A stretch of DNA of 27,633 nt from the IMG/VR virus record IMGVR_UViG_3300006919_000333, positions 1 through 27,633 of that record. One strand, 5' to 3'. Position 1 is the stretch's first letter, and each line of letters starts with the position of its first letter. This document shows positions 6,434 to 14,724 of this stretch, piece after piece. The notes below the pieces were generated by a model. That model made no database searches, was not told the origin of the DNA, and saw nothing but the letters and a program-made list of their open reading frames with translations. The stretch comes from a virus. Lineage: Duplodnaviria > Caudoviricetes. The translations under genes and the position numbers were made by a program.

Positions 6434-7189
6434 TTGCTGAGACCCATCCAAAGACCTGATACTTGCCCTAGCTGCGAGTCTCCTCTGGAATGGCTCAGTC
6501 CCTTGCTGTATTGCCGCAACTCGCTTTGTGGCGCACAGACTTCAAAGAAGATTGAGCATTTCGCAAAAACTTTAAAAATCAAAGGACTTGGGCCTGCAAC
6601 AATACAAAAATTGCGGATTCAAGATCTTCCTACTATCTACGAGATAACTGAGGAAGAGTTTGCGGATGCTCTTTCTTCTGAGAAGATTGCAGCAAAACTT
6701 ATTACAGAAATTGAAAACTCAAAAAAAGCCCCACTAGAATTAGTGTTGCCTTCTTTCAGTATTCCGCTTATAGGCAAAACAGCAGCTAACAAGTTAAGCT
6801 CAGTATGTAAAGACATTTATCAAATAGATGAGCATACTTGCAAAGAGGCTGGCTTAGGGCCTAAAGCTACTGATAATTTACTTTCTTGGATTAAAAACGA
6901 GTTTGTAAATATAGAGCATTTTTTGCCGATGAATTTTAAATTCAGTGGTAATGTTAAATCCTCCATAACTAATGGAGTGGTTTGTATTAGTGGAAAGCTC
7001 AAGAGTTTTAAAAATAAAGCAGAAGCCACTGTCAGCTTAGAAAACGCTGGCTATCAAGTAAAATCTAGTGTTACTAAAGATGTTACGCATCTAGTAAACG
7101 AAAGTGGTATAGAAACTGCAAAAACGGAAAAAGCCAGAAATTCTGGTGTAATAATAATTGATAACCTAAAAGAATTTTTAGAGGAATAG
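6434..7189 (+). CDS. ligB: NAD+-dependent DNA ligase, subunit B (Zn finger, HhH, BRCT)
   Basis: CPSC...C..C zinc finger, KGLGPAT / PLIGKTAA / AGLGPKAT HhH motifs, VVCISGKL..SSVTKDVTHLV BRCT. Start moved from 6344 to TTG 6434, downstream of P4 and after GAGAG. Confidence 0.9.
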   Translation: MLRPIQRPDTCPSCESPLEWLSPLLYCRNSLCGAQTSKKIEHFAKTLKIKGLGPATIQKLRIQDLPTIYEITEEEFADALSSEKIAAKLITEIENSKKAPLELVLPSFSIPLIGKTAANKLSSVCKDIYQIDEHTCKEAGLGPKATDNLLSWIKNEFVNIEHFLPMNFKFSGNVKSSITNGVVCISGKLKSFKNKAEATVSLENAGYQVKSSVTKDVTHLVNESGIETAKTEKARNSGVIIIDNLKEFLEE

Positions 7190-7191
7190 AT

Positions 7192-7923
7192 ATGTCAACA
7201 CTTCCTAAGTGGACCGATGAACGTACAGCAGAGCTTACCTCTTTTGTTGGTAATGAATCTCCTGTATCTCAAGACACTGTAGCGCAAGCTGCTGAGCGTC
7301 TTGAAACTTCTACCCGATCCGTTTCTAGCAAACTGCGAAAGATGGGTTTTGAGGTAGAGCTTGCTTCAGCTCGTGGAGGCCGTGCCTTCAGTGAGTCTCA
7401 AGAAGCTACTTTGTCAGCTTTTGTACAAGACAACAGCGGACAATACACCTATGCTCAAATTGCTGAGCATTTTGAAGGCGGCGCTTTTACTGCTAAGACT
7501 ATCCAGGGCAAAATCTTGTCTATGGAATTGACTTCTCATGTTAAGCCTGCTCCTAAGCCAGAAACTGTACGCACGTACAGCGAAGACGAAGAAGCCAAGT
7601 TTATTGCCATGGTAAACGACGGTGCCTTTGTAGAGCAGATCGCTGAGGCTTTAGATCGTTCTGTAAACTCTGTTCGTGGTAAGGCTCTTAGCCTCCTTCG
7701 TTCAGGTTCTATTGATGCGATTCCGCGTCAAGAAACGACTAAAGGCGGATCTAAAGAAGATCCTCTCGCTGCAATCGCTGATAACTTGTCAGATATGACT
7801 GTTGAAGAAATTGCAGAAGAAATCGGCAAAACTCCCCGAGGAGTCAAGACTATGCTCACTCGTCGTGGTCTCACTGCCGCAGATTATGATGGAGCAGCCA
7901 AGAAAGAAAAAGCTGCTGAATAA
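7192..7923 (+). CDS. D5: T5 D5-like abundant DNA-binding / transcription factor
   Basis: Tandem HTH repeats (KWTDERTAEL, AFSESQEATL, TYSEDEEAKF, MTVEEIAEEIGKTPRGVK); GAGGA RBS; position between ligB and helicase. Confidence 0.8.
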   Translation: MSTLPKWTDERTAELTSFVGNESPVSQDTVAQAAERLETSTRSVSSKLRKMGFEVELASARGGRAFSESQEATLSAFVQDNSGQYTYAQIAEHFEGGAFTAKTIQGKILSMELTSHVKPAPKPETVRTYSEDEEAKFIAMVNDGAFVEQIAEALDRSVNSVRGKALSLLRSGSIDAIPRQETTKGGSKEDPLAAIADNLSDMTVEEIAEEIGKTPRGVKTMLTRRGLTAADYDGAAKKEKAAE

Positions 7924-7948
7924 AACAACAGCACTATCTTTCTAACTA

Positions 7949-7983
7949 GGGCAACCATGGTCTGCGGATCATGGTTGCTTTTT
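7949..7983 (+). terminator. Rho-independent terminator after D5
   Basis: GCAACCATGGTC-TGCG-GATCATGGTTGC (12 bp, one G-U, cUNCGg tetraloop) followed by TTTTT. Confidence 0.88.
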
Positions 7984-8000
7984 CATACTCGGGGAATCTT

Positions 8001-9347
8001 TTGAATTTATCTAGTGCGTTGCTGAAACAAATAATTGAGTTACAGGATTTTGATACCTGGACTCAACTACGCAAGCACTACCTACCTTCCGAATATCAAT
8101 CAATTTGGTCCGTCGTGCACAAACACGTCGAGACTTATCATACCCTTCCTACTTTTGAAGATCTAAACTATAGCATCCGTGATGGGGCTACTCGTGAAAA
8201 GGTATTAGCTATTTCTAGTGTAGAAGTAGAAGCCGACGCGGGCATGCTTCTTGAATATTTAAAAAACGATTATGTACAGACAGAAGTCTTTTCTCAGCTA
8301 GAAAAGTATATAGATAGTTCTATTGCTTTCGAGAGTGCTAGAGAGACTGTTGATCACTTACACGAACTCGTAATGGGATTAGAGGATAAAGTAGAATTAG
8401 AATCTCCAGAGGAATCTATGCAGAGTATTTCTCTTTTTGATTCTGATGAAGAGGTTGAAGGCTACCTCCCCCTTGGTCTCAACACCCTATATGATGAGAG
8501 TTTTCAGTTTTCTCCCCGAGACTTAATTCTTATCGGAGGCCGTAGAGGGGGAGGTAAGTCTATAACCTGTGCCAATATTGCGAACAATGTTTACCAATCA
8601 GGAAAATCAGCTATCTATTTTACTATTGAGATGGATAGCAGATCGACGTTACAACGCTTATGTGCTATAGCTACAGGAGTTCCTCATGGACGATTACGCT
8701 CAAGAAACCTTAGTGTAGTTGAATGGGAAAAGGTAGCCTCCTGGTGGGCTTCTCGATTTACGGGAGGAGAAGAGTTGTATAGGTCTTATTTAGTTCATAG
8801 GAATTTTGATGACTTTCATTATAACCTTAGAACTACGTGCGAACTAGATCCTGTAAAACAACTTGATGTTGTGTATGATCCTACATTAACTTTGTCTAAA
8901 ATAAGGGCAGAGTTAGATAAAAAAGTTAAGTCTTCCATGGATGTAGGCGTTATTATAGTAGATTATATAAATCAAGTTAAAAGATCTAATATACCTAGTC
9001 GTGCGGGTCAGTATGATTGGACGGAGCAAATTGAAGTAAGTAAGGCACTAAAGTCAATGGCGCAAGAATTCAACGCACCTATAGTATCTCCTTATCAGAT
9101 TGATAGTAGCGGAGAGGCTAGATTTGCAAAGGGAATTCTTGACGCTGCTGACGCCGCTTTTACAATAAACGCTTGGACAAACGAAGATCAGTGTATAACC
9201 TTTGAGTGTTCAAAAATGAGAAGTGGTAGAATGCAAGATTTTACCTCTTTTATGGATTGGGAAACTTTGAAGATAGGACCGGATACAGCTCTTAATCCCA
9301 AAGAATCGGAATCTAGTAAAACTGGCGAAGAAATAAACGATATTTAA
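8001..9347 (+). CDS. Replicative DnaB-like helicase (T5 D6-like)
   Basis: Walker A GGRRGGGKS, FTIEM, IIVDYINQ, SPYQ and KMR. ATG 7971 lies inside the terminator stem, so TTG 8001 after GGGGA is the more likely start. Confidence 0.92.
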   Translation: MNLSSALLKQIIELQDFDTWTQLRKHYLPSEYQSIWSVVHKHVETYHTLPTFEDLNYSIRDGATREKVLAISSVEVEADAGMLLEYLKNDYVQTEVFSQLEKYIDSSIAFESARETVDHLHELVMGLEDKVELESPEESMQSISLFDSDEEVEGYLPLGLNTLYDESFQFSPRDLILIGGRRGGGKSITCANIANNVYQSGKSAIYFTIEMDSRSTLQRLCAIATGVPHGRLRSRNLSVVEWEKVASWWASRFTGGEELYRSYLVHRNFDDFHYNLRTTCELDPVKQLDVVYDPTLTLSKIRAELDKKVKSSMDVGVIIVDYINQVKRSNIPSRAGQYDWTEQIEVSKALKSMAQEFNAPIVSPYQIDSSGEARFAKGILDAADAAFTINAWTNEDQCITFECSKMRSGRMQDFTSFMDWETLKIGPDTALNPKESESSKTGEEINDI

Positions 9348-9356
9348 CAACTGACC

Positions 9357-9396
9357 GAAAATAATTCTTGACAATAGTTTAATAATTTGATATAAT
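9357..9396 (+). promoter_or_regulatory. sigma70-type promoter P5
   Basis: GAAAATAATTC-TTGACA 9368-9373, 17 nt spacer, TATAAT 9391-9396. Confidence 0.92.
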
Positions 9397-9420
9397 ATAG
9401 GATTGTATTAGGGAGCGTTT

Positions 9421-9732
9421 ATGTCACTTATTTATGGTTCAGTAAATTATACACCTAACGGTCGTAAAAGAAAGCCTTTAAGGAGAAAAAATGTTAAAAA
9501 ATCGCCGTTTATCGAATACAAACCGAGCAAGAGCTATGCTCAAGAAAGAGCGGATGAGACAAAACGCTACCAATCGTGCATGGCTTCTCCAGCAAAGGCG
9601 AGAGGAGATAGCAAAGACTCTCCAAGATACACAGGAGACTACATTATTGGAATTGCAACCTTACACAAATCAAACGCAGTGCCAGTAACAAATCAAAAAT
9701 ATGCTAAAGAAATATCTAGGATGGCAAAGTAA
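9421..9732 (+). CDS. Basic conserved hypothetical phage protein
   Basis: GGGAG RBS; K/R-rich; C-terminal YTGDYIIGIATLHKSNAVPV. Confidence 0.8.
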   Translation: MSLIYGSVNYTPNGRKRKPLRRKNVKKSPFIEYKPSKSYAQERADETKRYQSCMASPAKARGDSKDSPRYTGDYIIGIATLHKSNAVPVTNQKYAKEISRMAK

Positions 9733-9821
9733 TGGAATTATTAGGAATTTTATTCTTTCTATTAGTAGGTATTTGTGGATGTATTTATCCCTTCTTAAAG
9801 GAAACCAATGACAAACCATAA
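9732..9821 (+). CDS. Small membrane peptide (29 aa), not in ORF track
   Basis: MELLGILFFLLVGICGCIYPFLKETNDKP*; TAATG coupling. Confidence 0.55.
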   Translation: MELLGILFFLLVGICGCIYPFLKETNDKP

Positions 9822-10011
9822 ACGAACCTATAGGACTATAGAAAGTCTTTTAGATATTTTACAAATGCATATGGAATCTAACTCATATGATAGAGCGGAA
9901 CCTCTTTTATCTACTTTGTCTGTTTATTTTGCACACATGAATGATGAGCAAAGAGATTACTTTCAATGTGCTCAGGAAGCGGTAGAAGAAGGGAGACTTT
10001 GGGAGGTATGA
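9808..10011 (+). CDS. Hypothetical protein (67 aa)
   Basis: AAGGA RBS; ATGA overlap with primase. Confidence 0.75.
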   Translation: MTNHKRTYRTIESLLDILQMHMESNSYDRAEPLLSTLSVYFAHMNDEQRDYFQCAQEAVEEGRLWEV

Positions 10012-10844
10012 CAGTACAAGAGCTATTACAGTCCAAAGGAATAGAATACCTTGCTAAGGGTAAGGATTTTTTAGTACGATGTTTAAATCCTGAGCATGAT
10101 GACAGTAACCCCTCTATGAGAATAGACAGGACTACAGGAATTTATAATTGTTTTTCTTGTGGATATAAAGGAAATATATTTGCTCTTTATGGGGAAAAGA
10201 TAGGTCAATTACAGCTAAGGCGTGAACTCCTTAAAAGAAAAATTGGTGAAAAGCGCGCAGACAGCGTTGGCCTATCTTTTCCCACTTCATACACTCCATA
10301 TATTGGAGACTGGAGAGGCATACGGCCTGAGACTTACAAAATGTTTGAGGCGTTTCAGCACCATGATAAAGAGCATATAGGAAGAATAGTATTTCCAATA
10401 AGAGATCTAACAGGAAGAATAGTAGCTTTTAACGGAAGACATACAACAAATGGAATACCAAAATATTATATTTCGCCTCCTAAGGCAAAGCTTCCTTTTT
10501 ATCCTAGTTATTGCGTGCCTATACGGGGCACCTGTATTTTAGTAGAAGGTTTATTTGATATGTTAAATCTACATGATAAAGGTTTAACAAATGCAATATG
10601 TTCTTTTGGTACAAAAAACGTATCAAAAGATAAGTTAGGAATAATGAAACTTCGAGGAATATACAGAGTAGACATATTTTTTGATGGAGATGAGGCAGGA
10701 CAGAAGGCCGCTGCAGAAGTTAAAGTACTTGCTGAAGAAGTAGGGTTATACACTAGAAATATTAATCTAGATGGGAGAGACCCTGGAGATCTTTCTTTAG
10801 AGCAAGTACATAAATTAGGAAAACAACTATATAATTATACTTAG
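10008..10844 (+). CDS. DNA primase (CHC2 zinc finger + TOPRIM)
   Basis: CLNPEH...CFSC, VEGLFD, FDGDEAG and DPGD. Start moved to ATG 10008 after GGGAGG. Confidence 0.93.
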   Translation: MTVQELLQSKGIEYLAKGKDFLVRCLNPEHDDSNPSMRIDRTTGIYNCFSCGYKGNIFALYGEKIGQLQLRRELLKRKIGEKRADSVGLSFPTSYTPYIGDWRGIRPETYKMFEAFQHHDKEHIGRIVFPIRDLTGRIVAFNGRHTTNGIPKYYISPPKAKLPFYPSYCVPIRGTCILVEGLFDMLNLHDKGLTNAICSFGTKNVSKDKLGIMKLRGIYRVDIFFDGDEAGQKAAAEVKVLAEEVGLYTRNINLDGRDPGDLSLEQVHKLGKQLYNYT

Positions 10845-10852
10845 GAGTAAAT

Positions 10853-13132
10853 ATGAGCCCAAAGGTTGCTCTAATAGAAACCAAAATTTCAAGAACAAAT
10901 TTTAAATCTGAGTTTGACAATGCTTTTGAGTTTGATCAGTACCAGTTATGCTCAGATCCTGCTATTAAAAAAGTTTTAAAGCGAGATGTGGATATCAATA
11001 TCGATATTGATGCCTATGATTGGGTAATCCTGGTAGGCTCTGATGCTTTAAAATATTACACAAAAATTAATTCAGTTACAGAATACTCTGGTAAAAAAGT
11101 AGAAGAGAAGTTTTTACCTGTTATTAATCCCTCCATGCTTGCTTTTAAACCAGAAGCCCGGCCTACGTGGGAAAGTTCAAAGTCTAATATTATTTCTTAT
11201 ATAAGAGGAGAAATAGAGGATGTAGTTATAGACGAGTCTATTGCCAGAGGTATTCAAGACACGGAAGAGGCTAATGAGTATATACGAAACGCTATTGCGC
11301 ACCCAGGCAAATATGTTGCTCTCGATAGCGAAACTACTGGGCTTTATCCTCGTGACGGCCATATGCTGGGTATTAGCCTTAGTTATGACGGTCGTAGCGG
11401 GGTCTATATTGACACTGATTGTTTTGATATGGATACTGAAAGACTTTTGGGGGAACTTTTTTACAATAAAAAGGTAATTTTTCATAATGCAAAGTTTGAT
11501 ATGGCATTCTTTGAATACCATTTTGGTTTTAAGTTTCCTGACTTTGATGATACTATGCTCCTTCACTATCTAATAGATGAGAACCCAGGAAATCATGGAC
11601 TCAAGACTCTATCTCTTAAATTCACACCCTATGGTGATTATGAGAAGCCTATGTATGATTGGATTGCGGAGTATAAAAAACAGACAGGGCACGATAATTC
11701 AAGCTTCACTTGGGATATGATTCCTTTTGACGTAATGAAAACATATGCGGCAATGGACGCTGTTTGTACCTTTCTTCTATATGAAAAATTTGTAAAAATT
11801 TTACAAAACCGTAACCTTAAAAAGGTTTATGAAAATATCCTACTTCCTGGCTGTAGATTCTTAATGGATATTCAAGACAATGGCGTTCCTTTTGACCCTC
11901 AAAGATTGTTAAGAGCTCAGTCAGTTCTTCAGGATGACATTGATAAGGCAGTAGAGGTTCTTGCTAAAAATGAAGCCGTTAAGAAGTTTGAGGCTATCAA
12001 TCAGAAAGAGTTTAATCCAAATTCAACAGTTCAGCTTAGAAGTCTTCTTTTTGATTTTCTAGGTTTAGAGCCTACAGGGAAGAAAACAGGAACGGGGGCA
12101 AATTCTACAGATGCGGAAGTTTTGGAAAAATTGGCAGAACAGTCGGATATTCCCCGGCTCATACTTGATATACGGCAAAAGTCTAAGATCAAGAATACAT
12201 ATTTGGATAAAATCCTTCCTCAGTTGGATAGGGATAAAAGACTTAGGACGAATTTTAATCTTCACGGTACTACTTCTGGCAGGTTATCTTCTAGTGGTAA
12301 ATTAAATATGCAGCAGCTACCTAGGGATAACCCTACGGTTAAAGGCTGTATTCGTGCCAAAGAGGGTAATAAAATTGTAGCTATGGACTTAACTACTGCG
12401 GAAGTCTATGTAGCCGCAGTTCTTGCAAAAGACGAAGCCTTAATGGACGTATTCCGAAGCGGGGGCAATTTTCATAGTACAATTGCTAAAACAGTATTTA
12501 AACTACCCTGTGAAGTATCTGAGGTAGAGGAATTATATTCAGATAGAAGACAAGCCGCTAAAGCTGTTACTTTTGGTATTATGTATGGAGCTGGGCCAGC
12601 AAAAATCAGTGAACAAGTAACAAAAGATAGTGGCAGGTTCTTCTCCAAGAGTGAAGCAACTGAAGTAATTAATGATTACTTTAAGACTTTTCATAAATTA
12701 AGGAAATGGATTGATGATAATCAAAAGTTTATTGCGGATAATGGGTTTATATACTCCTTCTTCGGAAGAAAAAGAAGATTACCTAATGTCTCATCTACCG
12801 ATAAGGGTGTCCAGTCGCATAGCATTCGTTCTGGTCTTAACTTTCTGGTTCAGTCTGTTGCTAGCGATATTAACCTTCTAGGTGCTATAGACATGAATCA
12901 ATACATAAAAACTTCTGGAATGAAGTCTCGTATTTTTGCATTGGTACATGACTCTATACTAGCGGAAGTGCCAGAAGATGAGATAGAAAAGTATAAAAAG
13001 AACCTTACTAAATTTGTACAAATGGATAGAGGATTAACTATCCCAGGAAGTCCTATCGGATGTAATTTTGAGGTAGTACACGATGACTATTCAAATGGTA
13101 AATACGAAAAGTTCATGGAACAATATGTATAG
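10853..13132 (+). CDS. pol: Family A DNA polymerase with 3'-5' exonuclease and N-terminal UDG-like domain
   Basis: Exonuclease DSET / HNAKFD / YAAMD; TTSGRLSS; motif A DLTTAE, motif B RQAAKAVTFGIMYG, motif C VHDS. Confidence 0.97.
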   Translation: MSPKVALIETKISRTNFKSEFDNAFEFDQYQLCSDPAIKKVLKRDVDINIDIDAYDWVILVGSDALKYYTKINSVTEYSGKKVEEKFLPVINPSMLAFKPEARPTWESSKSNIISYIRGEIEDVVIDESIARGIQDTEEANEYIRNAIAHPGKYVALDSETTGLYPRDGHMLGISLSYDGRSGVYIDTDCFDMDTERLLGELFYNKKVIFHNAKFDMAFFEYHFGFKFPDFDDTMLLHYLIDENPGNHGLKTLSLKFTPYGDYEKPMYDWIAEYKKQTGHDNSSFTWDMIPFDVMKTYAAMDAVCTFLLYEKFVKILQNRNLKKVYENILLPGCRFLMDIQDNGVPFDPQRLLRAQSVLQDDIDKAVEVLAKNEAVKKFEAINQKEFNPNSTVQLRSLLFDFLGLEPTGKKTGTGANSTDAEVLEKLAEQSDIPRLILDIRQKSKIKNTYLDKILPQLDRDKRLRTNFNLHGTTSGRLSSSGKLNMQQLPRDNPTVKGCIRAKEGNKIVAMDLTTAEVYVAAVLAKDEALMDVFRSGGNFHSTIAKTVFKLPCEVSEVEELYSDRRQAAKAVTFGIMYGAGPAKISEQVTKDSGRFFSKSEATEVINDYFKTFHKLRKWIDDNQKFIADNGFIYSFFGRKRRLPNVSSTDKGVQSHSIRSGLNFLVQSVASDINLLGAIDMNQYIKTSGMKSRIFALVHDSILAEVPEDEIEKYKKNLTKFVQMDRGLTIPGSPIGCNFEVVHDDYSNGKYEKFMEQYV

Positions 13133-13140
13133 TATTACTT

Positions 13141-13665
13141 ATGTTACATACAACGGAATTGAGATTGATCCGAAGAACTTATCGATCTATACATTTAATA
13201 AAGTTTCCAGTTTTCCCTATTCATAGTGATAACTTAGAAGTCACCGATGGTCTAGTATATTTAGATGACTTGGTTTTAGATGATAAAAACCAATTAGGAG
13301 AAACTTTAGGTAAGAGAAGATTACAGACTCCTTTTAAGAGTTTATATACTCTTAAAAATATGGGCAGAGATTATCTTAGTTTAATTTCGGGTAAAACCGG
13401 ACAATACTACATAGATAATGCTGGTACTATATTTTATTATGAGAAAACTAAGTTTGTAAGAATAGAGTCTTTTAAAATAAAAGAAGTTATACTTAATGAA
13501 ACTTATACAGCTATTCATGTATATAAGTTAAATAATAAAATTATAGTACCAAGAACCCCTCTACCTGAGTATAAATGGGCAAATTTATTAGTAATAGATA
13601 ATCTGCCCTGGAAAATCCACAGCTATTCTGTGGAAAAGAATAAGGCGAGGCGTATTAAGATCTAA
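13141..13665 (+). CDS. Conserved T5-like hypothetical protein downstream of pol
   Basis: FPVF...LDDKNQLGETLGKRRLQTP. Start uncertain (ATG 13141 or TTG 13165). Confidence 0.75.
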   Translation: MLHTTELRLIRRTYRSIHLIKFPVFPIHSDNLEVTDGLVYLDDLVLDDKNQLGETLGKRRLQTPFKSLYTLKNMGRDYLSLISGKTGQYYIDNAGTIFYYEKTKFVRIESFKIKEVILNETYTAIHVYKLNNKIIVPRTPLPEYKWANLLVIDNLPWKIHSYSVEKNKARRIKI

Positions 13666-13667
13666 GA

Positions 13668-14333
13668 ATGGGACAAAAACGTAGAATAAAAACCTTAAGA
13701 GACACCAATTTATTATTAACACCAGTAGACCCCTTAACTAGAAATCAAGTTATAGCTTTTGAAAGCGAAAAGAATCTTGTATTACACGGAGTCGCAGGAA
13801 CAGGAAAAACTTTTATTTCTTGTTACTTAGCTTTTGATGATATAGACAAAGACCAGTATCAACAGTTAGTTATAATTAGAAGTGCGGTACCTACCAGAGA
13901 TATAGGGTTTCTCCCTGGCACCGAGAAGGAAAAAGCAGGGGTATACGAAGAGCCTTATAAAAATATAGCAGTAGAGTTATTTGATAGAGGAGATGCTTAT
14001 GAAATCCTTAAATCAAAAAATATAGTGCATTTTATGACTACCTCTTTTATAAGAGGCATAACACTAAAAAATTCTGTTGTTCTTATAGATGAATGTCAGA
14101 ATATGACCTTTCATGAGTTAGATTCTATTATAACTCGAATAGGTGAAAATTGTAGAGTTATTCTATGCGGAGATTTTCGTCAAGCAGATCTTCAGAGAAA
14201 TGGGTTAAAGGATATTTTAAGAATTTTCAAAGCAATGGATAGTTTTGATATGGTAGATTTTGAAATTGCCGATATTGTTAGAAGCGGCTTTGTAAAAGAT
14301 TATATAACCGCAAAGCATGATTTAGGGCTATGA
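13668..14333 (+). CDS. phoH: PhoH-family ATPase
   Basis: GVAGTGKT, RSAV..IGFLPG..EK, FIRGIT, IDECQN, TRIG, GDFRQADL and DIVRS. Confidence 0.95.
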   Translation: MGQKRRIKTLRDTNLLLTPVDPLTRNQVIAFESEKNLVLHGVAGTGKTFISCYLAFDDIDKDQYQQLVIIRSAVPTRDIGFLPGTEKEKAGVYEEPYKNIAVELFDRGDAYEILKSKNIVHFMTTSFIRGITLKNSVVLIDECQNMTFHELDSIITRIGENCRVILCGDFRQADLQRNGLKDILRIFKAMDSFDMVDFEIADIVRSGFVKDYITAKHDLGL

Positions 14334-14491
14334 TTAAACTATGGACAATATGGAAATACGCATTAGGCGGTTTCTCAGACGATAAAACGGAACCTTATGA
14401 TAATTATGTTGCGCTTCTGCGTACTGTCATTGTAGGCGTTAATTTTCTAACTTGTTTTTTTATAATGGCAAACGTGGTGCATAACTGGTGA
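14330..14491 (+). CDS. Small membrane protein (53 aa), not in ORF track
   Basis: MIKLWTIWKYALGGFSDDKTEPYDNYVALLRTVIVGVNFLTCFFIMANVVHNW*; ATGA and GTGA overlaps with both neighbours. Confidence 0.8.
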   Translation: MIKLWTIWKYALGGFSDDKTEPYDNYVALLRTVIVGVNFLTCFFIMANVVHNW

Positions 14492-14724
14492 AAAAGGTAG
14501 ATAAATGGGATGGAGAAGCAAGAGGATGTGCAGATGTTATATTCTCTAGGATTCAAATACTTCTCCGAAAAAATAATACAAAAAGAGAGTATAGTAACTT
14601 GTATGAATCTGTTATCTCTCTTGTTACATACTGTGAGGACAACGGCGTTAGACTTACCGATATCCTAGAAGAAGTTTATTTAGTACTTAAAGAAGATAGT
14701 AATAGTGAAAGCAGTTCTCAGTAA
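14488..14724 (+). CDS. Hypothetical protein (78 aa)
   Basis: GTGA overlap upstream; overlaps the D10 start. Confidence 0.65.
   Translation: MKKVDKWDGEARGCADVIFSRIQILLRKNNTKREYSNLYESVISLVTYCEDNGVRLTDILEEVYLVLKEDSNSESSSQ

Noticed and set aside
7971-8000. ATG 7971 as helicase start
   Set aside because: It lies in the terminator stem with no SD; TTG 8001 fits better.
11177-12305. Alternative-frame and antisense ORFs within pol (and similar ones inside primase, D10, D11, D12, D15 and nrdA/B)
   Set aside because: Short, motif-free and fully nested in well-supported genes.
13125-13226. 33-aa ORF MYSITYVTYNGIEIDPKNLSIYTFNKVSSFPYS overlapping the pol stop
   Set aside because: Overlaps the conserved downstream gene for most of its length; no independent support.
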